From an uncultured cyanobacterium (lineage in GTDB: Bacteria; Cyanobacteriota; Cyanobacteriia; Cyanobacteriales; Cyanobacteriaceae): a stretch of 64,000 nt of DNA. Position numbers and translations under genes: made by a program. Location of the stretch: assembly GCA_963749915.1 (NCBI GenBank), contig CAVVOP010000022.1, positions 320,001 to 384,000 of the forward strand. Direction: 5' to 3'. The first letter of the stretch is position 1, and each line of letters starts with the position of its first letter. The notes beneath the pieces were generated by a model. That model saw only the letters and a list, made by a program, of their open reading frames with translations, was not told where the DNA came from and searched no databases. Shown here piece after piece: positions 20,489-31,437 of this stretch.

Positions 20489-21628
20489 ATGAATTATTCC
20501 CCAATATTTATCTCTTTAATTCCTAATTTAATGGGTGGAGAAGGGCATATTATTCCCTATCATATTTCCATTACTGAAGCCACAAAAATTCTCGGTTGGC
20601 ATCATCAAGTAGTCTATTCCCGTGAAGAAAACTTGCCAGATTTACCTGATAATTGGGACGATTCTTTGCAGGGTAATAAGTTAGAAATAGATGCCGATTT
20701 TTGGTATAAATTAGGGCAAGTTAAGTTATTTTCTGATAGTATAAGAGCTTATTTAAAAAATAAATTATTCTTAAACAAATCATCGCAACCCCATATTATT
20801 TTTATAGAAAGATTTATTCATCTACAATTATTGGCCTTATGGTTCTCAGTTTTGTTTTTACCAAAGGATAACCTATATATCTGGGTTTTATATCGTCATA
20901 ACTTTCATCAACATAAAACGAAATTCTTTTACAAACTCTTAAATAAACTCTTGAAAAAAGCAGTAAAATCTAATCATTTTCGATTATTTAGTGATAGTAA
21001 ATTATTAGCTAATTCCATGACTAAATATTTTAAGGAATCTTTTACTGTAATGCCAATTCCTCATACTGAATTTGTGGAAAAATTACCTAATAATAATGAT
21101 AAGATAATTTGTTGGTGGGCGGGACCTCCTCGGGACGAAAAGGGTTGGCAAATCATTAAAAAATTGAGCGAATGTCAAACTCCTTTTGGAGATAAATTTA
21201 TTTTGGTAGCGGCGAAAACTGCGAATTTAATGACTGTCAATAAGGGTGTAAAAGTGATTCTTACTGAAGACAATTTACCTCGTGAAAAATACGTGTCATG
21301 GTTAAGTAAAACTGATATTATGTTAATACCTTACCATGGGATCGCCTATCAAGAAAGAACATCGGGAGTTTTTACCGAGTCAATTATTGCTGGCAATATT
21401 CCCGTGACGATGGCTAACACTTGGATGGCAGGGGAATTATTAAAATTTGGCTTAGATGAATTAATCATTAATTGGGATAATCCTGAACAAGTTTGGCAAG
21501 AAATTAATAAGATTATTTATGGTGAAGAAATAAAAATAAAATTAAGAACAATGCAAAAAGCCTATCGTGACTTTCATAATCTCTCTAGTTTTGCCCACCA
21601 ATTTCAAATTAACCTCATTGAAAAATGA
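20489..21628 (+). CDS. glycosyltransferase (GT-B fold)
   Basis: GGEGH N-terminus, GPPRDEKG, SGVFTESIIAG. Confidence 0.75.
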   Translation: MNYSPIFISLIPNLMGGEGHIIPYHISITEATKILGWHHQVVYSREENLPDLPDNWDDSLQGNKLEIDADFWYKLGQVKLFSDSIRAYLKNKLFLNKSSQPHIIFIERFIHLQLLALWFSVLFLPKDNLYIWVLYRHNFHQHKTKFFYKLLNKLLKKAVKSNHFRLFSDSKLLANSMTKYFKESFTVMPIPHTEFVEKLPNNNDKIICWWAGPPRDEKGWQIIKKLSECQTPFGDKFILVAAKTANLMTVNKGVKVILTEDNLPREKYVSWLSKTDIMLIPYHGIAYQERTSGVFTESIIAGNIPVTMANTWMAGELLKFGLDELIINWDNPEQVWQEINKIIYGEEIKIKLRTMQKAYRDFHNLSSFAHQFQINLIEK

Positions 21629-21683
21629 ATCCGCCATAAAAACACTTTCTCTTAATGATGCTGGTATCATAAAGGATAAACTG

Positions 21684-21704
21684 AATTCATAATTCATAAT
21701 TCAT
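21684..21704. repeat. STRR heptamer (AATTCAT)x3
   Basis: Direct reading. Confidence 0.8.
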
Positions 21705-21839
21705 AATTACCCTCAACAGATACTTTTGGGAAAGGTGCAAGATCTGAGTATTCCCTATTCCCTTTTTCACTGTCATTATTGCCTATTGACCATTGATCAT
21801 TAATAATAAGTTATTAATCTATAGAGAAAGTTATTAAAC

Positions 21840-22238
21840 ATGAGTTTAGAATATCCAGAAGATTTAAGATACCTCGATTCCCATGAATATGTGCGTTTAG
21901 ACGGTGAAATCGCGACCATTGGCATTAGTGCTTTCGCCATTGAAGAATTAGGCGATATTGTCTTTCTCGAATTGCCAGAATTAGGGGATGCCATCGGTGT
22001 TGAAGATAACATCGGTACCATTGAATCAGTTAAAGCGGTTTCTGAACTTTATTCTCCAGTTTCTGGTACAGTCATCGATCGTAATGAAATGTTAATCGAA
22101 TCTCCAGAATCGATCGCCGATGATCCTTATGGCGAAGGATGGTTAATTAAAATTAGATTGGATAACCCCGACGATGATTTAGAAGATACTTTATCAGCCT
22201 CTGAGTATAAATCTTTAGTTGAACCGGAAGAAGATTAA
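21840..22238 (+). CDS. gcvH: glycine cleavage system H protein
   Basis: HEYVR, ESVKAVS lipoyl-lysine motif, DPYGEGW. Confidence 0.97.
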   Translation: MSLEYPEDLRYLDSHEYVRLDGEIATIGISAFAIEELGDIVFLELPELGDAIGVEDNIGTIESVKAVSELYSPVSGTVIDRNEMLIESPESIADDPYGEGWLIKIRLDNPDDDLEDTLSASEYKSLVEPEED

Positions 22239-22240
22239 GA

Positions 22241-22268
22241 CAATTAGCAATTAGCAATTAGCAATTAG
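22241..22268. repeat. STRR heptamer (CAATTAG)x4
   Basis: Direct reading just after the gcvH stop. Confidence 0.85.
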
Positions 22269-22412
22269 CAATACATCTAAAAAACTACCCATCATTGTTA
22301 GATTTCGTTGTGCTTGATTATTAATAAAGATTAGTAATATTTATCTAAATAATTAAAAATTATCAGTAAAATTTACTTTCCTTTTGAGATGTTTTCCCTT
22401 AATATATTATTT

Positions 22413-22428
22413 ATAGATTTTTTTCTAT
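22413..22428. promoter_or_regulatory. putative NdhR/CcmR site ATAG-N8-CTAT
   Basis: ATAG ATTTTTTT CTAT ~90 bp upstream of bicA. Confidence 0.6.
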
Positions 22429-22514
22429 CTATTATAAAAAAAATATTGAGTTGATTCTATATAAAAATACTCTACTGAAGATAATTTATCACACTTTATT
22501 TAAGGAAAACTTAA

Positions 22515-24212
22515 GTGCAAATTACTAATAAAATAAATTTTCGCAATATACAAGGTGATGTATTCGGAGGTTTAACCGCTGCCGTTATCGCCTTACCGAT
22601 GGCTTTAGCCTTTGGGATCGCTTCCGGTGCTGGGGCTACGGCTGGTTTATGGGGTGCTGTATTGGTGGGCTTTTTCGCCGCTTTATTTGGTGGTACTCCT
22701 ACTTTAATCTCTGAGCCTACAGGACCCATGACTGTAGTCATGACTGCTGTAATTGCACATCTTACCCTTTCTAATCCTGAAAACGGTTTAGCCATGGCTT
22801 TTACGGTGGTAATGATGGCGGGATTATTCCAAATTTTATTTGGCTTCTTCAAGCTGGGTAAATACGTCACCATGATGCCCTATACGGTTATTTCAGGGTT
22901 TATGACGGGCATCGGTTTAATCCTGATTATTTTACAAACCGCACCTTTTTTAGGTCAAGCTAGTCCTAAAGGTGGCGTTATGGGTACACTTCAAAATATC
23001 CCCAATTTGATCTCTAATATCAATCCTTTAGAGACAATTTTGGCGGTGATGACAGTAGTTATTCTCTACATTGTACCTAGTAAATATAAGCGCATTGTAC
23101 CTCCCCAGTTATTAGCTTTGATTGCCTGTACAGTAGTGTCTTTAGTCTTCTTTGGCGATGCAGATATTCGTCGAATCGGGGAAATTCCTACGGGTTTACC
23201 TGCTTTACAAGTGCCCACTTTTGAAGGTAGCCAAATTCGCACAATGGTTTTTGATGCCATCGTTTTAGCTATGCTAGGCTGTATCGATGCACTTTTAACC
23301 TCTGTTGTTGCCGATAGTTTAACTCGTACTGAGCATGATTCCGATAAAGAATTAATTGGACAAGGTTTAGGTAATTTATTCTCCGGTTTATTTGGTGGTA
23401 TTGCGGGAGCTGGTGCTACGATGGGAACGGTGGTTAATATCCAAACTGGTGCCACTACAGCCTTATCTGGTCTCACTCGTGCCATGGTTTTATTTATAGT
23501 GGTCGTTTGGGCTGCACCTTTAACTGCGAGTATTCCTTTGGCAGTTTTAGCCGGTATTGCACTGAAAGTCGGTATCAATATTATGGACTGGGGTTTCTTA
23601 AAACGGGTTCATAAAATTTCCTGGAAAGCCACCGCTATTGTTTATGGTGTTATCGCTTTAACGGTATTTGTAGATTTAATGGTAGCCGTTGGTGTAGGTG
23701 TCTTTATCGCTAATATTTTAACTATTGAGAAACTTTCTGAGTTGCGCTCTAAATCCGTTAAAATCATTAGTACCGCCGATGATGAAGTTTTTCTTACTGA
23801 AGAAGAAAATCAAATTTTAGATTTAGCCCAAGGAAGAATATTATACTTCCATCTCAGTGGACCTATGATTTTTGGTGTTGCAAAAGCAATTTCCAGAGAA
23901 CATAATGCCATTGATAACTATGATGTCTTAATTGTTAACTTAAGCGAAGTACCAATCTTAGGAGTCACTTCCTCCCTTGCCTTAGAAAATGCCATGAAAG
24001 AAGCGATGGATAACGGTCATAAGGTTATAGTCGTAGGTGCTACGGGTAAAGTGAAAAATCGTTTGGAAAAATTGGGTATCGGTGGTTTAATTCCTGAATA
24101 TCATTGGATGGGCGATCGGCTTCTTGCACTACAAGAAGGTCTATCCATTGTGCGAGAAAAACAAAGCCATAATTACGAGGAGATTGATCCTTCTATATCC
24201 CCCTTATCTTAA
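22515..24212 (+). CDS. bicA: SulP-family Na+-dependent bicarbonate transporter BicA
   Basis: MQITNKI.FRN.QGD.FGG.TAAVIALPMALAFG, EPTGPM, C-terminal STAS; GTG start. Confidence 0.93.
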   Translation: MQITNKINFRNIQGDVFGGLTAAVIALPMALAFGIASGAGATAGLWGAVLVGFFAALFGGTPTLISEPTGPMTVVMTAVIAHLTLSNPENGLAMAFTVVMMAGLFQILFGFFKLGKYVTMMPYTVISGFMTGIGLILIILQTAPFLGQASPKGGVMGTLQNIPNLISNINPLETILAVMTVVILYIVPSKYKRIVPPQLLALIACTVVSLVFFGDADIRRIGEIPTGLPALQVPTFEGSQIRTMVFDAIVLAMLGCIDALLTSVVADSLTRTEHDSDKELIGQGLGNLFSGLFGGIAGAGATMGTVVNIQTGATTALSGLTRAMVLFIVVVWAAPLTASIPLAVLAGIALKVGINIMDWGFLKRVHKISWKATAIVYGVIALTVFVDLMVAVGVGVFIANILTIEKLSELRSKSVKIISTADDEVFLTEEENQILDLAQGRILYFHLSGPMIFGVAKAISREHNAIDNYDVLIVNLSEVPILGVTSSLALENAMKEAMDNGHKVIVVGATGKVKNRLEKLGIGGLIPEYHWMGDRLLALQEGLSIVREKQSHNYEEIDPSISPLS

Positions 24213-24399
24213 ATTTACCAGAAATTACTTAACTAATATTCATCAAAAATTTCATCGTCAAACTATATTCATTTTATTAGCAGAGAAGCGATCACTTTTC
24301 TGTTAATTTTTTTGTCTAATTTTTTCACTTAATCAACTTTCTTTTTCGTTTTAATCGTGATAATATTTTTCTTTATCTTCCCTAATTTCTTGTTTTAAT

Positions 24400-25257
24400 A
24401 TGTCGGAGGAAAATAAGCAATCCCAATCTTTTTTACTCAAAATTGTTAAAGGTTTTCAGCAAACTTTATCTTCTTTTATTAATGCGATCGCTGAAACCAT
24501 AACCCATTCGGTACATATTCCCCCAATTGCCATCGGTCCCATTGTTGGTTCTTTAATTACTGCCACTACTACTCTGATCATTGGATTCCTGACGATTTCT
24601 AATATTTTTAGTGAGCAATTTCTTTATCGTCCATTACAAATCCAAGATAATAATGCTAATTATACCCTGGAATTAGAGCGTTATCGCCAGAAAATTTTAA
24701 TAGATTATTTAAACCACATAACACAATTAACTTTAGATTATCCCCTGTGGAAATTACAGCAAAATCCTTATTTATTAAGGGCAAATACCCAAACGGTCTT
24801 ATCAGAAATTGACGGAGAAAGAAAGCGTTACATTATTATGTTTTTAAAGGATACTGACTTATTAATCTTTAATAGTAATAAAGTTTCTACCCCATTGTTA
24901 AAAAATGCAAATTTAACGGAAGCAAGGTTAGATAATTTAGATTTATCCTATGCCAATTTTACGGGTGCTGATTTAACTAAAGCTAATCTTAGTCAAGCTA
25001 ATATACATAGCGGTAGTTTTTTGCAAGCAAAACTTACTAATGCCAATGTAACTAATGCTGATTTAAGAAGTGTTAATTTAGAAAAAACTGACCTTACTAA
25101 TACTAATTTAACCAATGCTTGCTATGATAATTTTACGAAATTTGATCCTCAATTCGATCCTAATAAAGCAAAAATGCGTTTAATATCTACTTTTGATAAA
25201 TGTGACTTTATACCCATAGAAAAAGATATAAAAAAGATAGATTTTAAACCTAATTAA
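24400..25257 (+). CDS. membrane-anchored pentapeptide repeat protein
   Basis: N-terminal TM, A(N/D)LXX repeats. Confidence 0.88.
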   Translation: MSEENKQSQSFLLKIVKGFQQTLSSFINAIAETITHSVHIPPIAIGPIVGSLITATTTLIIGFLTISNIFSEQFLYRPLQIQDNNANYTLELERYRQKILIDYLNHITQLTLDYPLWKLQQNPYLLRANTQTVLSEIDGERKRYIIMFLKDTDLLIFNSNKVSTPLLKNANLTEARLDNLDLSYANFTGADLTKANLSQANIHSGSFLQAKLTNANVTNADLRSVNLEKTDLTNTNLTNACYDNFTKFDPQFDPNKAKMRLISTFDKCDFIPIEKDIKKIDFKPN

Positions 25258-25272
25258 ATAATAGATAAAAGT

Positions 25273-26172
25273 ATGTCATTTTTTTTGTCAGGACAAGAAT
25301 TATTTAACTGGTATCAACAAGCAAAAAAAGAAACCATTATTTATAATATTCCTCTCTTTGAATTAGAGTATTTAGTGAGAGAATTAACTAATTTAGGAAC
25401 TGTAGATTTACGGATCAATAATTATCAAAATAAAGAGACAATTGATAGTAAAATTTCTTTTGAAAAATTAAAAAAATTATGGCATTTACGAGTAAAAAAA
25501 CATTGCCCCGTTCAATATTTAATCGGTGAATGTCATTGGCGTAATTTTACCCTTAAAGTAACTCCTGATGTTTTAATTCCTCGTCCTGAAACTGAGTTAA
25601 TTATTGATTTAGCATTGCAACTTACTCAAGAATACCTTAATTTACGAAGGGGTAACTGGTTAGACTTGGGTACAGGAAGTGGTGCCATCGCTATCGCATT
25701 GGCTGATATTTTTCCAGAGGCGACAATTTACGCTGTGGATAAAAGTAAAAAAGCCCTAAAAATTGCCCAGGAAAATGCCCTTAATTTAGGTTTTGCCAAG
25801 AGAATTAAATTTTGTCATGGCTCATGGTTTAATCCTATAAATGAGTTTAAAAATAGCTTTAGTGGCATTATTTCTAATCCCCCTTATATCCCTTCAAGCA
25901 TGGTATTAGAATTACAGCCAGAAGTAGTTAATTATGAGCCAAAAATCGCATTGGATGGAGGGGAGGATGGCTTAAAAGATATTCGATATTTAATTAATAA
26001 TGCTCCTAATTTTTTGATAAATAATGGTTTTTTATTATTAGAAATAATGGCAAGACAAGGAGAAACAGTTCGAGATTTATTAACAAAAAATAGTAGTTAT
26101 ACAAACATTCATATACATAAAGATTTAGCTGATTTAGATCGATTTGCCGTCGCACAGATCCATTGCTTTTGA
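25273..26172 (+). CDS. prmC: release factor glutamine methyltransferase
   Basis: LIPRPETE, DLGTGSG, SNPPY, ALDGG. Confidence 0.96.
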   Translation: MSFFLSGQELFNWYQQAKKETIIYNIPLFELEYLVRELTNLGTVDLRINNYQNKETIDSKISFEKLKKLWHLRVKKHCPVQYLIGECHWRNFTLKVTPDVLIPRPETELIIDLALQLTQEYLNLRRGNWLDLGTGSGAIAIALADIFPEATIYAVDKSKKALKIAQENALNLGFAKRIKFCHGSWFNPINEFKNSFSGIISNPPYIPSSMVLELQPEVVNYEPKIALDGGEDGLKDIRYLINNAPNFLINNGFLLLEIMARQGETVRDLLTKNSSYTNIHIHKDLADLDRFAVAQIHCF

Positions 26173-26347
26173 AAAATAGTAAAACTGGGATAAGTTCATG
26201 GACATTTTATTTATTATGTGAAAATTGCATACAATTCAGTCAACAATTGTCTGAACATTGGGAATAGGTGATGAAAATTACGAAATACGGTGAACAAAAG
26301 AATTATATTGGATAAGATATTATCATCTTTTTTTCACTCATCATCTC

Positions 26348-27505
26348 ATGGCTACTGTTCTCCCACAAGAAAGTTATTCATTCTTTGATTTATCCAATCT
26401 TCACCTCGATAATGGTGAATCTATCTCTTTAGAATTGGCTTTAAAAGTCTTAGAATTGGGTAATTTTGAAGAAAAATGGGCGATCGCCAAAATATTAACC
26501 AAATATGGTGATGAGGTAATTACACCCTTAAAAGAGGTCATTTTAGACGAAAAAGCCAATGTTGAACATCGCTGGTATGGCTTAAAAATACTAAGTCAAA
26601 TCAAAAATCCTGAAATAATTTTAATTGTCACCGAATTATTAACGACTACCCAAGAGGAAGATTTACTCTTGTTAGCCACTCAAACTTTAGCAAGTCAGGG
26701 AAAACAATCCATTAACTTTTTGTCACAATTGCTGGAAAATCCCTCTTCTCGTCTCTTAGCCACGAAGGCCTTAGCCCAAATTCCTAGTTCAGAGGTGATT
26801 CCACCGTTATTATCCATCGTCAATGACCAAGATAGCACCACTAGGGCAACAGCGATCGCCGTTTTGAGAAATTTTGACACTCCTGAAATTAAGTCAGTGA
26901 TGATCAACGCCCTTAAAGATTATGCCTCATCAGTGAGAAAAGAAGCCCTTATCGCCTTAGGATTAAAACTAAAATTCAGTGAGGACATAGAGTTAATCCA
27001 ATTAATTTCACCCCTATTGCAGGATATTAACTTATCTGTAGCTCAACAGGGGGCAATTTCCTTAAGTCGCTGTGGTCATCCCTTAGCCATAGAAGCCTTA
27101 GATAAGGTTTTACATTGTGCCAATACTCCTGAAGCTTTAAAAATTACGATTGTGCGATCATTAGCATGGATAGCAACATCTGACAGTTTGCAATGTTTAG
27201 AGAAGTCAATGTATATATATGATTCGTCGATAACTCTCGAAATCATAACAGTTTTAGGGAGAGTGACAAAACCAAGTTTCAAAAATCAAGCAGTGGCAAT
27301 TTTAAGTAATTTTTGGGAAAGCAAATCCCCAAAATTAGCACGTCCCGAAATTTTACAAGCCCTTTGTTATAGTTTAAAGCAGCTAAATGCGACAACGACA
27401 ATCCCGATTTTACAAGGGATAGAAACCAATACTAATCCTCAAGTGCGTTTTCATGCCCAAAGTGCGTTAAAACAATTTACATGCCTCCCGAGAAAATCAA
27501 ATTAG
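26348..27505 (+). CDS. HEAT-repeat / PBS lyase-like protein
   Basis: Repeated L..D....VR..A..AL helices. Confidence 0.85.
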   Translation: MATVLPQESYSFFDLSNLHLDNGESISLELALKVLELGNFEEKWAIAKILTKYGDEVITPLKEVILDEKANVEHRWYGLKILSQIKNPEIILIVTELLTTTQEEDLLLLATQTLASQGKQSINFLSQLLENPSSRLLATKALAQIPSSEVIPPLLSIVNDQDSTTRATAIAVLRNFDTPEIKSVMINALKDYASSVRKEALIALGLKLKFSEDIELIQLISPLLQDINLSVAQQGAISLSRCGHPLAIEALDKVLHCANTPEALKITIVRSLAWIATSDSLQCLEKSMYIYDSSITLEIITVLGRVTKPSFKNQAVAILSNFWESKSPKLARPEILQALCYSLKQLNATTTIPILQGIETNTNPQVRFHAQSALKQFTCLPRKSN

Positions 27506-27552
27506 GGTTTGCTTGCTGAAAAAGTCTTTAGATTTACGACACCACCACAACC

Positions 27553-28572
27553 CTAGCCAAGGTCTGAGGATTTTAGATTACGTCCAATTACAACTAGTTT
27601 TGTAGACCTTTTTTCCTCCGGTTGCCATAATCGATCATAAAATGTATCAAAGCGATCCCCCACTCCTTGTAACACCATGCGCATAGGTTTATGGGCAACA
27701 TTCACAAAACCCTTGATACGATAAATTTCTAAATTTTGAACAAGATTTTGTAAACGACATAGCAAAACCTGAGGGTTAATGGCTTCTTCAATCAATAATT
27801 CTAAAGAGTTAATATCATCATCATGATCATGATCTTCTTCAGTATCATGATGAGAAGGACGATTAAGAAGATCATCTTCAACGGCGGCATTAAAACCCAA
27901 TAACACTTTGGAATTAATTTCCCCTTGACGGCAGGGTATAACTTTAATTCCCCTACGTAATTCCTTCTCCAACCAATCTTTCACTTGATTTAAATCATTA
28001 TCTTTCACTAAGTCAGTTTTAGTTAACAATACTAAGTCAGCACAAGCTAATTGATCCCCAAATAATTCTTCAATGGGGGTTTCATGATCTAAACTAGGAT
28101 CATTCTCCCTTTGTTGTGCGATCGCCTCTAAATTTCCTACCAAATTACCATTAGCCAAAGCATGGGCATCGACAACGGTTATAACTCCATCAACGGTGGC
28201 ATGATTACGAATTTCTTGCCATTTAAACGCTTGTATTAAGGGTTTGGGTAAAGCTAACCCAGAAGTTTCGATGACGATAGCATCAATTTGATCTTTACGG
28301 GTTAACAGTTCCTGCATAGTAGGATAAAATTCTTCTTGGACGGTGCAACAAAGACAACCATTCGTCAATTCGATAATATTGCTACTAAATTCCCCTTCAT
28401 CATCACATACTTGGCAGGTACGCAACAATTCGCCATCAATGCCTATTTCTCCAAACTCATTGACAACAACGGCAATTCTTCTGCCTTGATTATTTTGTAA
28501 AAGATTGCGCAATAAAGTTGTTTTTCCTGCACCGAGAAAACCGGTAATTACCGTCACGGGTATTTTGTGCAT
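27553..28572 (-). CDS. cobW: cobalamin biosynthesis GTPase CobW
   Basis: TGFLGAGKTT, NGCLCC, ETSGLA, His-rich HHDTEEDHDHDD. Confidence 0.93.
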   Translation of the reverse strand: MHKIPVTVITGFLGAGKTTLLRNLLQNNQGRRIAVVVNEFGEIGIDGELLRTCQVCDDEGEFSSNIIELTNGCLCCTVQEEFYPTMQELLTRKDQIDAIVIETSGLALPKPLIQAFKWQEIRNHATVDGVITVVDAHALANGNLVGNLEAIAQQRENDPSLDHETPIEELFGDQLACADLVLLTKTDLVKDNDLNQVKDWLEKELRRGIKVIPCRQGEINSKVLLGFNAAVEDDLLNRPSHHDTEEDHDHDDDINSLELLIEEAINPQVLLCRLQNLVQNLEIYRIKGFVNVAHKPMRMVLQGVGDRFDTFYDRLWQPEEKRSTKLVVIGRNLKSSDLG

Positions 28573-28732
28573 TGTTATATTTAGAATTTAGAGTAGGGGG
28601 CATTTATAGGGTTAATAGCTTAACCCTCAATCAAGTATATATGGAAGAAGTAATAGGGCTAGAAATTGATGTTGATATATGATATATATATGATAATTGA
28701 TTTTAATTTCAGTTTTTCAATATATATACATA

Positions 28733-29371
28733 TTAAATAATTTCATTTTGAATAGCCCAACGAGATAATTCTGTGCGGTTATGTAAACCGGTTTTGTTTA
28801 ACATGTTAGAAACATGACTTTCAATAGTGCGTTGACTTACTCCTAATTCTTGGGAAATTTCTTTATTAGATTTTCCCCGCGCCACTAAATCAATAACTCT
28901 TGTTTCAGTGGGAGTTAATTCGACGCTTTTTGGCACTTGGATTCGGAGAGAATTATCCCCCTTACGATTACTACTACCCATTAGACGCATACTTTGATTA
29001 AGAGTAGATTGTACCTGTGCCACTAACTCATCAGGCTCAAAAGGTTTTACCATATAAACATCCGCACCTTGGGTTAAACCTTTGATACGATCTTTAGTTT
29101 GTCCTTTCGCCGACAAGAAAATCACTGGAAGCCATTCTAGAAGAGGATTTTCTCTAATTTCCTGTACCAAACTATAACCATCCATTTCTGGCATCATCAC
29201 ATCACAAATAATTAAATCAGGGGTCTCCCGTTCAAGAATTTTCATGGCTTCTCTGCCTTGACTAGCGGTTAACACTTGATAACCATTAAATTCTAAATAA
29301 TCTTTCACTAAGAGGATTAAATTAGGATCATCGTCTATAAGTAATAATTTTTTATTATATGTTTCTTTCAT
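28733..29371 (-). CDS. NarL/LuxR-family response regulator
   Basis: Receiver plus LTPTE...SNKEI...RTIESHVSN HTH. Confidence 0.93.
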   Translation of the reverse strand: MKETYNKKLLLIDDDPNLILLVKDYLEFNGYQVLTASQGREAMKILERETPDLIICDVMMPEMDGYSLVQEIRENPLLEWLPVIFLSAKGQTKDRIKGLTQGADVYMVKPFEPDELVAQVQSTLNQSMRLMGSSNRKGDNSLRIQVPKSVELTPTETRVIDLVARGKSNKEISQELGVSQRTIESHVSNMLNKTGLHNRTELSRWAIQNEII

Positions 29372-29532
29372 AGTTTTTAAAAGTGTATCACAAATAGTTT
29401 GGATATTGATTATGATATTATTACTTAAAAATCAATTTTCTTAAGAATTTTGTCGAGGTTTAGATCAAGGCAAGGCTTGATACTCAGTTATTATATAGAT
29501 AAATTAAGCCAACTAACCATCATTTATTTTTT

Positions 29533-31344
29533 ATGGCTAATCAATCGATTACAGAATCAGTTAAGTTACCTCGCACCAGCGAATCGGAAAATTTAAAAAA
29601 AATTCGCCACACCACTTCCCACGTCATGGCAATGGCGGTGCAAAAACTATATCCTAATGCTCAAGTAACTATCGGTCCTTGGACAGAAACGGGTTTTTAT
29701 TATGACTTCGATTTGCCTGAACCCATAGCAGAAAAAGATCTCAAGGCAATCAAAAAAGAGATGATTAAAATTATTAATCGTAAACTGCCCGTAATTCGAG
29801 AAGTAGTCACTAGAGAGGAAGCAGAAACTAGAATTAAAAATATTAACGAGCCCTATAAATTGGAGATTTTAGACAGTATTAAAGATGATACCATCACAAT
29901 TTATCATTTAGGGGAAGAATGGTGGGATTTGTGTGCCGGTCCTCACGTTGAAACCACCAAAGACTTAAATCCCAAGGCGATGGATCTAGAAAGCGTTGCT
30001 GGTGCTTACTGGCGTGGAGATGCTAATAATAAACAGTTACAAAGGCTTTACGGTACTGCATGGGAAACTCCCGAACAATTAGCGGAACACAAAAGACGTA
30101 AGGAAGAAGCTCTCAAACGAGATCACCGTAAATTAGGTAAAGAATTGGGTTTATTTATTTTCGCTGATCCTGTTGGTCCTGGTTTGCCATTATGGACACC
30201 AAAAGGGACTCTCATTCGCTCAACTTTAGAGGATTTCCTGAAAAAAGAACAAATTAAACGGGGTTATTTACAGGTAGTTACTCCCCACATCGGTAGAGTT
30301 GATTTATTTAAAACTTCTGGCCATTGGCAAAACTATAAAGAGGATATGTTTCCCATGATGGCCGATAATGCGGAGGAAGCAGAAAAAGAAGTCGGTTTCG
30401 TCCTTAAACCCATGAATTGCCCTTTTCACATCCAAATCTATAAAAGTGAGTTGCGATCGTACCGTAATTTACCCATGCGTTTAGCGGAATTTGGTACTGT
30501 TTATCGTTACGAACAATCAGGAGAATTGGGTGGTTTAACCAGGGTACGAGGCTTTACCGTTGATGATTCCCACCTATTTGTAACTCCAGATCAACTCGAG
30601 TCAGAATTTTTGAATGTGGTTGACCTAATTTTGTCAGTATTCAAAAGCCTACAACTCAAGAATTTTAAAGCCCGTTTGAGTTTCCGTGATCCCACCTCAG
30701 ACAAATATATCGGCAGTGATGAGGTGTGGGAAAAAGCCCAAAATGCTATCCGTAATGCTGTGCAACATCTCGATATGGAGTATTTTGAAGCAGAAGGAGA
30801 AGCGGCTTTTTATGGACCTAAACTCGATTTTATCTTTCAGGATGCCTTAGAAAGAGAGTGGCAACTAGGAACCGTACAAGTTGATTACAATTTACCAGAA
30901 AGATTCGACTTAGAATATACTGCTCCCGATGGCAGTCGTCAACGTCCGATCATGATTCACCGTGCACCCTTTGGCTCTTTAGAACGGCTTATTGGCATTT
31001 TAATCGAAGAATATGCTGGGGATTTCCCCTTGTGGTTAGCACCTATTCAAGCCCGTTTAATGCCCGTTAGCGACGACTTTTTCCCCTATGCCCAACAGGT
31101 GTGCCAAAAGATGTTGTCAGCTGGTATTCGTGCCGAAGTCGATAACAGTGGGGAAAGGCTAGGCAAAATGATTCGTAACGGTGAAAAGCAAAAAATCCCT
31201 ATTATGGCCATTGTTGGAGCTTCGGAAGTCGAAAACAATACCCTGAGTATTCGTACCCGTACCTCTGGAGAGTTAGGTGCAATTCCCGTCACTGAAGTCA
31301 TGGAAAAAGTTGCTAATGCCATTGTTGATCATGGTAATTTTTAG
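29533..31344 (+). CDS. thrS: threonine--tRNA ligase
   Basis: DLCAGPH, KPMNCP, GLTRVRGF, HRAPFGSLER. Confidence 0.98.
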   Translation: MANQSITESVKLPRTSESENLKKIRHTTSHVMAMAVQKLYPNAQVTIGPWTETGFYYDFDLPEPIAEKDLKAIKKEMIKIINRKLPVIREVVTREEAETRIKNINEPYKLEILDSIKDDTITIYHLGEEWWDLCAGPHVETTKDLNPKAMDLESVAGAYWRGDANNKQLQRLYGTAWETPEQLAEHKRRKEEALKRDHRKLGKELGLFIFADPVGPGLPLWTPKGTLIRSTLEDFLKKEQIKRGYLQVVTPHIGRVDLFKTSGHWQNYKEDMFPMMADNAEEAEKEVGFVLKPMNCPFHIQIYKSELRSYRNLPMRLAEFGTVYRYEQSGELGGLTRVRGFTVDDSHLFVTPDQLESEFLNVVDLILSVFKSLQLKNFKARLSFRDPTSDKYIGSDEVWEKAQNAIRNAVQHLDMEYFEAEGEAAFYGPKLDFIFQDALEREWQLGTVQVDYNLPERFDLEYTAPDGSRQRPIMIHRAPFGSLERLIGILIEEYAGDFPLWLAPIQARLMPVSDDFFPYAQQVCQKMLSAGIRAEVDNSGERLGKMIRNGEKQKIPIMAIVGASEVENNTLSIRTRTSGELGAIPVTEVMEKVANAIVDHGNF

Positions 31345-31437
31345 TGTTTAAATGTTAGACCCTAAATACGCAAATGTGAGACTTTTATTTATTATTATTT
31401 TCTGCTCGAAAATTGAAAGATGGAGAGCAATATCTTA

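Noticed and set aside
28573..28732. Cobalamin riboswitch or Zur box before cobW
   Set aside because: No B12-box; only a half-site TGATAAT
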